Source: an uncultured Bacillota bacterium | GTDB lineage: Bacteria > Bacillota > Clostridia > Christensenellales > UBA1242 | NCBI GenBank assembly: GCA_946495675.1 | Contig: CAMMDQ010000001.1 | Coordinates: 146,225 to 210,224 of the forward strand | Length of the DNA stretch: 64,000 nt | Direction: 5' to 3' | In this document: one piece after another, positions 17,214 through 27,800 of the stretch | Position numbering within the stretch: position 1 is the first letter of the stretch | How the letters are laid out: each line of letters starts with the position of its first letter | Program-made: the position numbers and the translations under genes | Notes under the pieces: generated by a model | Database searches by the model: none | The model's input: only the letters and a program-made list of their open reading frames with translations | Told to the model about the DNA's origin: nothing

Positions 17214-18957
17214 GAGTATATTCATTGATTTCATCAACTATTTGTTTGATTTTTTCTAAAAGGTCAAAATATTCTTTCGAGAAATATCTTTCTTTATCTT
17301 TTGAATCGTAAATTGTTGAAGAAATTTCATCTATTGGACAGCAGTAATCAATAAGTGGTTCTGTATTTTTTTTGCTAATATATTGTTGAATTTCAGTTTG
17401 CATCTTAGCGCATTTTTCCTTAGTCTCAAATTCATTTTTGACTGTGTCAATGTTTAGTAGGTCAAGCCAACTAGAACTGCATAGTTTTGATGTGTAAACC
17501 AAATGGTCAATACAGGTGTTAGTGATCATTGTTGCAATATGCCCAAAGTCAATCATTTGATCAGTTTTGTTCATCATGTTCAAATAGGCAGATAAAATAG
17601 TTCTGTAATGCACTTGATTGCATACTTCGTCATAAGCCAATGCAAAACTGTTTGTCGCCAAAATTTGTTTATCAATTTTTGCTTTGAGTTTGTCATTTGA
17701 AAGTCCTCGTCGCTGCCTGGTAATTCCTTTCATAATATCGTCAAAAGTATAACAAGTTTGGTCAATGCGAGATTTAGGAGTGCAGATTGATATAACAGAA
17801 TCGCGATCATAAAGAGCATCATTAAATCTGCTTAGAAAGCCGGTAAATCCAGTGGCTTTTGAATCGTCATCAATTTTTGAACTTAGAGTAATATCAACTG
17901 CATAGACTCCTTTAACTTTATAGCTGGGATCAATAATTTTCAGAAGATTAAAACAGTGTCCATATGAAATGTCTTCTGTGCCGATAAATTCGGCGGACAA
18001 TTTTTTGCTATGTAAAACATCAATAGCAATTTTAAACATTGAAGCAAAGCCTGCACAAGTGATTATTTTGCTGTCTGAAAAGGCTCCAACTATTGTATGT
18101 TCGCCATCATTAAAGTTCTCATCTTCATTGTAAAGAAAAGTATCGGAAATTTTCATGTAGATGTATAACGCAGCTTCCAAAGGAGAAAGTTTTTTGTTTG
18201 CAATGGTTATTCTGGTTTCTTCTACAAATTCGTTTGCTTTTTTGACATTTTCTAGTGTCCAAAGTTCTCTATATTCCTTTAAAGTTTTAGGAATTGATAT
18301 TAGTTCACAAAATCTAAGTTCACAACTATTATTTTTATTCTTGTTGTAAAAGTCGAGTTTTTCTTTTAGCCTTGACAGATTTTCAAGCTGTTCTTTAGTG
18401 TAGTAATATTCAATTTTCGATTTTACAGATTTGTCAGAGGAAGCCACCAAAATTTTTATTTCGTGGCATCCATGAAGATAAAGATAGTCGCATAATTTGA
18501 TGATCTTGTTGATATATTTTTCATTAATATTGTTTGCATCAACGGCAATATTGATTTGTTTTGCAGTTTCAACTTTTTTCTTTTCAAGCAACAAATTTTT
18601 CTTTTCATCAAGTAATTTTGCTATTTTTTTATCAATTTTGTTGCATTTTGATAGATTTTCTGTTGCTTTGTAAAGTTCTAGTCGTTCTTTACATTTTTGA
18701 ATATCAAGGTTTGTTTTATTAATTTTGCTGCAAAAGGGCTGAGCACAATCTTGCCGGCTTAAAGTTTCAAGAAAATCTCTTTGAGTCATATCATCAAAAA
18801 ACAAAATCCAGCTTTGATCGCATAAAAGTATTGGATGCAGTGCTAGTGTTTGCCAGTCTGCTAAAAATTTTTGTTTGCTTTGGCTTGAAAGCTCTCTAAA
18901 ACCTTTAAAATTTCTGTAACCAAAATTGATGTCAAAATCTTTATAACCTTTTTTCAT
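17206..18957 (-). CDS. Hypothetical protein with a transglutaminase-like (papain-fold Cys-His-Asp) core
   Basis: The segment LSPLEAALYIYMKISDTFLY...IITCAGFASMFKIAIDVLH...ISYGHCFNLLKI...GVYAVDITL fits the TGase-core pattern G.C.gFa..f....+..gi....v.g...H.wn.v......D.T. No signal peptide is present. Confidence 0.5.
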   Translation of the reverse strand: MKKGYKDFDINFGYRNFKGFRELSSQSKQKFLADWQTLALHPILLCDQSWILFFDDMTQRDFLETLSRQDCAQPFCSKINKTNLDIQKCKERLELYKATENLSKCNKIDKKIAKLLDEKKNLLLEKKKVETAKQINIAVDANNINEKYINKIIKLCDYLYLHGCHEIKILVASSDKSVKSKIEYYYTKEQLENLSRLKEKLDFYNKNKNNSCELRFCELISIPKTLKEYRELWTLENVKKANEFVEETRITIANKKLSPLEAALYIYMKISDTFLYNEDENFNDGEHTIVGAFSDSKIITCAGFASMFKIAIDVLHSKKLSAEFIGTEDISYGHCFNLLKIIDPSYKVKGVYAVDITLSSKIDDDSKATGFTGFLSRFNDALYDRDSVISICTPKSRIDQTCYTFDDIMKGITRQRRGLSNDKLKAKIDKQILATNSFALAYDEVCNQVHYRTILSAYLNMMNKTDQMIDFGHIATMITNTCIDHLVYTSKLCSSSWLDLLNIDTVKNEFETKEKCAKMQTEIQQYISKKNTEPLIDYCCPIDEISSTIYDSKDKERYFSKEYFDLLEKIKQIVDEINEYTQK

Positions 18958-19061
18958 ATGTTTTCCTTAAAATAATTATACCTAATTTCTCGCAATAGTC
19001 AATAGGGTATTTTGAGATAATGTTATCAGAGTTATAGTATATATTTACATAAAAATTTATA

Positions 19062-19090
19062 TTGACTTTTTGGGGACTTTATGGTAAAAT
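19062..19090 (+). promoter_or_regulatory. SigA-type promoter of the ABC/giant-protein operon
   Basis: TTGACT (19062-19067), a 17-nt spacer, then TGgTAAAAT (19082-19090). Confidence 0.55.
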
Positions 19091-19116
19091 CTTTTCGGTT
19101 ATAACAAGGGGAATTT

Positions 19117-20259
19117 ATGTTAGAAATTGTAGGCCTTACAAAAAGATATAAAAATTCAAATTTCTATTCTGTAAAAAATCTCAACCTGACGCTCAATGAA
19201 GGGGAGATTTTTGGCTTTCTTGGAAAAAATGGTGCCGGGAAAAGCACAACCATCAAATGCTTGACTGGGATTCTGCCCTTTGATGAAGGAACAATCAAAG
19301 TCTGTGGCTATGATATTCAAAAAAATCCAATTGAGGCAAAACTTAATATCGGTTATGTGCCTGACAATCATGCCGTTTATGAAAATTTGACGGGCAGAGA
19401 ATATGTCAATTATATGGGAAATATTTACAGGGTGCCAAAAGATATTATTGAAGAGAGAATAGAAAAATTTGCTAATTTGTTTAGTATGAGCCATGCTATT
19501 GACAATCAAATCCGTTCTTATTCCCATGGTATGAAACAAAAAATCTGCATCATTGCAGCCCTTATACATAATCCTAAATTTTGGGTGCTTGATGAGCCTC
19601 TTATGGGGCTTGACCCTCAAAGCACTTTTGAGATCAGAGAATATATGAAAGAGCACAAAAGACAGGGGAATTGCGTGTTTTTCTCTTCTCATAATATTGA
19701 TATGGTTGAAAAGCTTTGTGACAGAGTTGCGATTATGAATCGAGGACAATTAATGGAAATTATCGATGTCAAAAAGTTTATGGCTGAAAGTCCCGTCCCA
19801 CTTGAAACTTACTTCTTGAATATGACAAAAGACAGCAAGGCAAAGGTTATAAAATTTGAAGACAAAAAAGAAACAAAGAAAAAGATCAAAGCTGAAAAAG
19901 TGAAGAATAAAAAAGAAATTCGCATTCTTCAAAAGCAAACAAAAGAGCAAAATGCATTGCAGATCAAAGCTATCAAAGAGAAGGAGCGTCAAGCAAAACT
20001 GGAAAGACAGGCATTGCAAAAGCAGCTGAAAGAAAAAAATGCTCTTCAGATTAAAGCTATGAAAGAAGAAGAGCGCTTGGCAAAACAGGAAATTCAAATT
20101 ATCAAAACCAAAGAAAAAGATTTAAAAAAACAACTTGATGAAAAGTACAAAGCAAATATTAAATCTCAACTCAATCTTTTGAAGGGGAAAACCCTTTCGG
20201 CTTCTGAAGAGAAACCTGAAAACACAGAAGAAAAGGAAAAGATACTTAAAAACGATTGA
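19117..20259 (+). CDS. ABC transporter ATP-binding protein with a ~150-aa Lys/Glu/Gln-rich coiled-coil tail
   Basis: Walker A is GKNGAGKST, the signature is YSHGMKQK and Walker B is FWVLDEP. The tail holds an internal duplication, KEQNALQIKAIKEKERQAK / KEKNALQIKAMKEEERLAK. Confidence 0.85.
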   Translation: MLEIVGLTKRYKNSNFYSVKNLNLTLNEGEIFGFLGKNGAGKSTTIKCLTGILPFDEGTIKVCGYDIQKNPIEAKLNIGYVPDNHAVYENLTGREYVNYMGNIYRVPKDIIEERIEKFANLFSMSHAIDNQIRSYSHGMKQKICIIAALIHNPKFWVLDEPLMGLDPQSTFEIREYMKEHKRQGNCVFFSSHNIDMVEKLCDRVAIMNRGQLMEIIDVKKFMAESPVPLETYFLNMTKDSKAKVIKFEDKKETKKKIKAEKVKNKKEIRILQKQTKEQNALQIKAIKEKERQAKLERQALQKQLKEKNALQIKAMKEEERLAKQEIQIIKTKEKDLKKQLDEKYKANIKSQLNLLKGKTLSASEEKPENTEEKEKILKND

Positions 20260-20273
20260 AAAATGGAGAAAAG

Positions 20274-21887
20274 ATGACCCAATTTTTGACACTTTTAAAA
20301 CTTGAATTTTTAAATCGTGCACCGAAAATCAGAGTAAAGGGGCATATTTTTTCCAAAATCTTAAAATATTTAATTACCATTCTTGGCATTATTGCAGTAG
20401 GTGGAGCTTTGCTCTATGTTTTTAACAGCCTTATCTCTGTTTGCATAAGTGCAGATCTTACTCAAGAATTTATTGTTTATTATAGCTGTCTTGTCCAAAT
20501 TGTTCAGCTGTTTTTTGGTCTTAGTTTGACAACAAAGACGCTTTTTTACAATTCTGATTCCGACCTTTTAAAATTGCCACTTAGCGGGAAGACGATATTC
20601 CTTGCAAAAATCACATATTTGTTTATTTATGAATTTATTTTTACCACCTTTTTGACTCTGCCTGTTTTTATTATTTATGGAATTCAAACCATGCAGGGTG
20701 CTTTGTTTTACATCATGCTTTTGCCAAATCTTATCTTCTTTCCAGTGATTCCATTTTTGATTGGTGTGTTACTGTCTGTTCCTGCAATGTATGTGGTTGG
20801 ATACCTTAAAAACAAGTTTGTAGTTATGCTCTTTCTTTATATTATTTGTGTTGCTGCAGGCTTTACAGTTTATACTTACGGTTTAAGATTTTTTATGGAA
20901 GTTTTGAGCTCTTCTGATATTTCCTCAATTCTTCAAAGTCAGGTGGTGATAGACATCAAATTTATTGCAAACTTTCTTTACACACCATTGCTATTTAAAA
21001 ATAGTTTGTTGTTCTACCGTTTTTGGCCGAGTGCTGTCGTAAATTTAACTATAGCTCTCATTCTTGCATTTTTGGTTTATATCTTTGCTCAAAAATCTTA
21101 TCTTAACATACTGCTAAAAAATATTGAGAGTGGAGGCAGCATTTATCGCAATAAAACTCAAATTAAAGAAAGATCAGTGCCACAAGCTCTTTTCTTCAGA
21201 GAATTTCTTTCTATCTTCCGTTCAGTGAACTATTCTTTTCAATATCTTACCATAGTCATTACAACGCCGCTTATGGTTTTCTTTTCAAGTCAGATTGCTT
21301 CAAATATAGGGGTTGAACAAGTTGGAGCAGGCATTTTGCCGGGAATTGCAGTGCTTGTTCTCTTGATGTTTTTAAGCATGGGAACATCTTTTGCCGCAAC
21401 TTCAATCACGCGAGAAGGAGGGAATTTCTTTCATACAAAGATAATCCCTGTTTCATTCACTAAACAAATTGTGGTAAAATTTTTGATGTATGTGCTGGTT
21501 TCAGTTCCATCTATCATTATAAGCTGTCTTGTGCTCGCCTTTGCAGGCTTCCTTTCTTATGCAAATGCGATGCTGATTGCTCTTGCTGTTTGCATGATTG
21601 TGATTGGTTCAATTGCAAGTTCAATCAATCTTGATATAAAGCGTCCGCAGTTTATGTTTCTTGATGGCAAAGAAATTACAAATTCAAATGGAAATGTCAA
21701 CGCAAGCATTACTATCGGTTTTGTGATTGCAGTTTTGATGGGCATTGGGGCAATCGCTGTTTCAATGTTTGTGTCTGTTCCTGCCATTTACATTGTTCTG
21801 TTTGGTTTTGGTGTGCCATTTATGGCGATTGAACTTTTCGCGCTCTTTTTCAAACTTGAAAAAAGATATAGGAGCATTGAGGCATGA
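20274..21887 (+). CDS. Polytopic membrane protein, putative ABC exporter permease
   Basis: There are at least 10 hydrophobic segments. GGAG lies 5 nt before the ATG at 20274; a TTG at 20256 is an alternative start. The gene lies directly downstream of the ABC ATPase. Confidence 0.65.
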   Translation: MTQFLTLLKLEFLNRAPKIRVKGHIFSKILKYLITILGIIAVGGALLYVFNSLISVCISADLTQEFIVYYSCLVQIVQLFFGLSLTTKTLFYNSDSDLLKLPLSGKTIFLAKITYLFIYEFIFTTFLTLPVFIIYGIQTMQGALFYIMLLPNLIFFPVIPFLIGVLLSVPAMYVVGYLKNKFVVMLFLYIICVAAGFTVYTYGLRFFMEVLSSSDISSILQSQVVIDIKFIANFLYTPLLFKNSLLFYRFWPSAVVNLTIALILAFLVYIFAQKSYLNILLKNIESGGSIYRNKTQIKERSVPQALFFREFLSIFRSVNYSFQYLTIVITTPLMVFFSSQIASNIGVEQVGAGILPGIAVLVLLMFLSMGTSFAATSITREGGNFFHTKIIPVSFTKQIVVKFLMYVLVSVPSIIISCLVLAFAGFLSYANAMLIALAVCMIVIGSIASSINLDIKRPQFMFLDGKEITNSNGNVNASITIGFVIAVLMGIGAIAVSMFVSVPAIYIVLFGFGVPFMAIELFALFFKLEKRYRSIEA

Positions 21888-24800
21888 AAAAATTGATGAT
21901 ATTTTTGATGGTTGCAATACCGCTCGTAATAATTATCTTAGTCAATTTCACTGTCGAAGTTGTGGTTGGCAATGTTTCTATTGCAGTTGACAGGATTGAA
22001 CTTGATCGCACAGAAATCACTGCCAATATTGATGAAACAATTTCGCTTGAAGCAACAATTTATCCAAGAAATGCAACAAATCAAGAAGTAATTTGGGCAA
22101 GCACAAATGAAGAGGTTGCAAGAGTTGACCTTGATGGCAATGTTTCTTTTGTTGGCTTTGGCAATGGATATATCACTGCAACAACTGCCGACGGAAATAA
22201 GATGGCAAGCTGTTATTTCTATGTGACAGACAGCAGGGTGCACCAAGTCAACTTGTCAACACCAAAAACAGAGGTGCATATTGGAACAAGTGTGCAACTT
22301 AATGTTGAAATTTTGCCAAACGAAGCAGAGAACAAAAATGTAACATTTTCTTCATCTGATGACGACATTGCCCGAGTCGATCAAAATGGACTTGTAACTG
22401 GTTTGAAAGTGGGTTATGTTACAATCACAGTTACAACTGAGGATGGACAGTATAGCGATTTTGTCAATCTTGCTATCACAAATCCGGTGGAAGATATCGT
22501 TTTAAACACAACTTATGCAATTTCTGGCGAGCCAACTTATTCAATAGGCTATCAGATTATGCCAAGCAATGCAACAAACAAGAATGTAAACTTTGAAGTT
22601 GATGATGAAACCATTGCAACTGTCAATAGTCTTGGTCAAGTTTCCTTCCTTAAGGCTGGGGAGGTAGAAGTTACTTTGACGACTGTTGATGGTGGATTTA
22701 GCAAAACTATGACAATAGTTTATACTGCAGGTTATGCTCAAAGTTTGCAGCTTGAAAAATATTCAATAACAGCCATGATTGGCGATGCCGCACAAGTTAT
22801 TGAATATACAACTATGCCAAGCTATCTTGCAAGCACGCAAGTCACCTTTTCTTCCTCAAATGAGGATGTCGCATTTGTGAGAGGGGGCTATCTTTACTTT
22901 GTCGGCGGAGGAAGTGCGACGATAACGGTATCAGTCGAAAAAGCGGCAGGCGAATATATTTCTGAGCAAATTGTTGTTTATGTTGAAAGCCCTGCGACTG
23001 GCATTTTGATTGACGATGTTGTGACAGCTGAAAAAACTGTTCAACTTCAGCCAAGGTCCTTCCCTGAAAACTCGACAAACAACAAATTCTTTTATCATTC
23101 TTCTTCAAACGAAGTTTCTGTCAACGAAAATGGCCTGGTAACTTTCTTGACTGACAATCCAACAACTGCAACAATTACCATTTTTGCAAATTCAGATTAC
23201 AGCGATATATCCACAACTGTTTCTGTTGAATACACAGCTGGAAAAGCCAAGGCATTTGAGCTGAATGAAGAAAAAATAATCATGCAATTTGGCTCATCTG
23301 CAGCCATTGATTATTATATTTTCCCGAGCAATGCAAATGCCAGTGCTGTGCAAGTTGAAGTGCTGAGTCAAGAAAACAATTCTGGTAGCGGAGAAGTCGT
23401 TGAAATATTGCCAGATGGTACTTTGCGTGGCATTGGCGGGGGCATAGCTCAAGTGCAAGTTTCTCTTGTTTTGCTTAGTGGAGAAAAAGTTTCACACACG
23501 CTTGAAGTCGAAGTATTACGCGAAATCGACGATATAGATATACATATCGATCTTGAGCAACAAAACGGAGAATATGTAACAGCTGTCAACACAGTTTCAT
23601 TTAAAGCTTCATTTAGTCCTGCTGATGCAAGTGACAAAACAATCACATGGTCGCTTGATGACAAAAATATGGGTGTCATTCTGGGCGAAACCTTCATGTT
23701 CAATCAACCCGGAGTGGTAACACTGATTGCAACAACTTCGTCAGGCTATCAAGAAAGCGTGCAAATAAGATATACCGGTTCATACCCAATTTCTGCGGAA
23801 GTGGGGATGGTGGTTGATGGCAATATTGAAACTATGCCACAAATGATCAATGTTGGGGATGAAATTGAAGTTGCTATCAAAGAAGTGTTCCCATCAGACA
23901 CGATCAATAAAAATATCTCACTTTCAGTTTCAAATCAGCAAACATCAAGTTTGTTGGGAAAAGTTTTGGAGATAAACGGAACAACTATTCAAGCAGTGGC
24001 AGGCGGACAGGCAACTTTGACTGTTCGTGTTTCAACAACGGTTATTCTGACTTTTGAAATCACTGTATATCAAAAAGTAGAATCTATTGAGGTGTCTCCT
24101 TCAAATATTCAAACCACAAATTCAAGTTTAACTTTGCAAGCAAATGTTTCTCCTATTGATGCAACAAACAAAGGGGTTACCTATCAAGTTTTAACTCCAG
24201 AAATTGCATATATCGACGGTGATACCCTTTATTTCATCCAAGACGGTGTTGCTCAAATTCTTGCAATAAGCCAAGATAATCAAGAAATAACTTATCAATT
24301 TACTATCGAAAAGATTGCTAAGGGCACAGGAGTGGTTGACCCGACAGAAGACGAAATTGAAATGTTTGTCGGCGATAGCAACAAGCTTGATTTCTCATCC
24401 CAAGGCATTGTTTACGACCATTTGGAAATCATGTTCGGACAAGATGCAGACAGTGGAGTGATTTCAATAAATGGAGAGGCAATCACTGCTTTGAAAAGTG
24501 GGCAAACTCAAATCATTTGCATTTTATACGATGCGTTTGGCTCTCCACTTAATTCATATCAAATCACTGTTACGGTAAAACAACTTGTTGAAAACATTAT
24601 TTATCAAGGTTCCCTTGAGGAATATAATGGTTATCTGACAACTGCAAAAGATTCGCTTAGTCTTGATTTTGCAGCATTGCCACAAGAAGCAACTGATGCT
24701 GAGCTTAATTACAAAATCACAAGTTCTTATAATTCGAATGGAATTGCTCAAGATATTGCTTACATTGACAGCGGCTCAAAAACACTTTATTGGACCAGCT

Positions 24801-27800
24801 CTGGCACTTTGACACTTGAAGTTTCTTCCCTTGACGGAAATGTGAACAAAACCTTTAGGTTTAGATACACAGGAGGGGATGCTCTTGCTGCTGAGATTAA
24901 CATAAGCAGAGAAATTTCGCTCAATGTTGGAGAAAGCATTACAATCGAGGTGCTTAAGTGGACACCAAGCGACACTGTTAATAAACAAATTTTGATCAGA
25001 GAGACAAATCATACAACAGGTGTCAATGTTATCAGTATCGATAGCCAAAATTTGACAATTACTGCTTTAAGTGGTGGATTTAGCAATATTCGTATTGAGC
25101 TCTCAAATGGCTTGACGCAGGATATTACCATCAATGTTATCAAAAAAGTCACCTCAATAGTTGTAAGTGAAGAAAATATCGTCACGGCTTCAAACACTGC
25201 AGTCATCAATGCAACAGCATATCCAAGCAGTGCAACAAACAAAACACTTTCTTATCAAATTGAAAAGGTTGATTTTGCAACTCTTGATGGCAACACAGTG
25301 ACTTTCACATCGGCTGGAACTGTGGTTGTAACCATTTCCACTATGGATGGAAGCGATATTTATAAACAAGTTACTGTTACAAGCACTATGGGCTATCTGC
25401 ATAGCATCGATTTGAATGCAACAGCTCGAACTATTTCAAAAGGAGCTTCTTTCTCGCTTTATGTAACTCAAACCTATCCACTTGATGCAACAAACAAAGA
25501 TGTTCAATTTAAAATTCTTTCTCAGACTGCAGCTGATGAAAGCCAAAATGATGTAATTTCGATCACCCAAAATGGTTCGACAATTCTTGTTCACGGTCTC
25601 TACGGTGGAAGTGCGATTATAAGAGCTTATAGCTATAACAGTTTGGGTGAAGAAGTTTATACAGATTGTGTTGTAACGGTAAGCAGCCCCGTTGAAAGTA
25701 TTGAAATTGATTTTGTCAGCGAAATAGAATTTTATCGAAATTATTATGTTACAAGTCAAAACCAAATTTTCTTTAATGAAATTGTAAAACCTTTTGATGC
25801 CACAAATAGAGATTTTGTTTACACTATTTCTGATCCAACCAAAGCTACAGTGGAAGATGGAGTTATCACTTTCCATCAAATTGGCACTGTGACGATAACA
25901 TTCACTAGTGCAGACAGAACAAATGGCGAAATTTCGGTATCTTATATCTTCTATTATGCAGGCGACACTCTGTTGGAAGCAAGTTTGAATTTAGATCCTT
26001 TTGACAATGGTGTTCTTAGATTAAATGCAGGCGAAGAAATAACCCTTACACTCAACAACTGGGTGCCAAAAGATAATGCACATGTTTCTATTATTTTGAA
26101 TAATCTTTCTGAAACGAGAAATGATTCTTCAAAAGCCGTTCTCAGCTTTGAAAATGGAGTGCTTAAAGCATTAAATGGAGGAGAGGCAACATTTGAGCTT
26201 ATGGCAAACAATATCTCTCTTGGCTCGTTCACAGTGATAGTGACTCGTCAAGCAAGTGATATTTGGGTTGAAAATGAGCAGGTTTACGTTTCTTCTGCTG
26301 GCTACCAAATTAATGCTCAAGTTCTTCCAACTGACACATCAAACAAAGAACTTATTTATCAAACAAACAATCCATCTATTGCCACTGTTGATGAGTTTGG
26401 TGCTGTTTCATTCAGTGGATATGGAATAGTTGTGATAACTATAATCCTTGAAGAGAATCCATCTATTTCAAAACAAATAACTATTGAATATACACGAGAA
26501 ATAAAGGATATTTCTTTCAGCCAGACAAGAGATGCAATGTATGTAAAAGATTATGTTGTCCTTACAGTTGAGCCGCAGCCAATATATGCGGAGGGGTATT
26601 CATACTCCTTCTCACTCAGTGATCCTTCGGTTGCAACTATTGAACAAATTGACGATTTGCAGTGGAGGTTGAGAGGAGTAAAGGCAGGAGAAGTTGTTGT
26701 AACTCTTTCAGTTGATGGAACAGAAATTTCTTACAGCCGAACTTTCACTTTCTACACGCAAATTACTGATATTAGGTTGGAGCTTGATCCAGTCAATGAT
26801 GCCTATGGTTTTGGCGGCTATCGTGTGTTTGCAAACAAATTTGTCAATTCTTCAGGCAGATTGACCGATCAGTTTGTTATGAATTTCTCAACAAGTCCAA
26901 GCGATAAAGATTATTCAGATCTCATTGAATGGTCATCAAGCAATGAAGATATTGCAACGGTAAATCAATATGGACGGGTAACTTTCAAAGGAACTGGGGT
27001 TGTAACTATCACAGCTTCGCAAATCCCTCCATATGAAAATGCAAATGTAGTTTGGGATTCATATACCTTCTATGTAGTTGATGGAATCAATGTTTATAAC
27101 TTTGCACAATATCAAGTTGCAATAAGTGAACTAGAAAAGATGAACGAAAATAAGACAGACAATTTCAGTGCTCTTGTGCTTCATGGCGATATTATCATGC
27201 AGCAAAATTCTCTTAGCCATGCTTTAAATTACAACATTTATGGCAATGGTTATATGATTGATTTTTCAAATGACTCGACTTATGATAAGATCTGCATAAC
27301 ACGCAGCAATCTTGTGATTGACAATGTGGTGCTTCGAGGAAACACTTTCTCAGGCGACGGTGCTTTGTCTCAACTTGATGGTAAAGGCAAAATATTAAGA
27401 ATTAGCGGCCATGTAAAAAATGTTTTAATTTACAACACTATCATTGAAAATGCACATATATTGGCTGAAGTCATCAGCTCGCAAGCTTACTTCCAAGGTT
27501 GCATTTTGAGAAATTCTTTCTCAGGCGGACTTGTTTTGACTCGAACAGCCAATGACACAGTCGCACCTGATGTTACCGTTGAAGATTGCATTTTTGCAAG
27601 CAGTCTTTTAAGTTGCATTCTGTTTGGCCCAGACACTTCAAGTCAACTTGAAGGTTATGAAAGCAAATTGACTTTGAAGGGTGATGTGCGAATTTATAAC
27701 TGGCTTACACTTGATGAATTTGAAGGCAGCTCAATACTTGGCTTCTTTGAAGAGTATGGCTTGGGCGATGTGGGCACCGACATTATCAACAAGATTAAGG

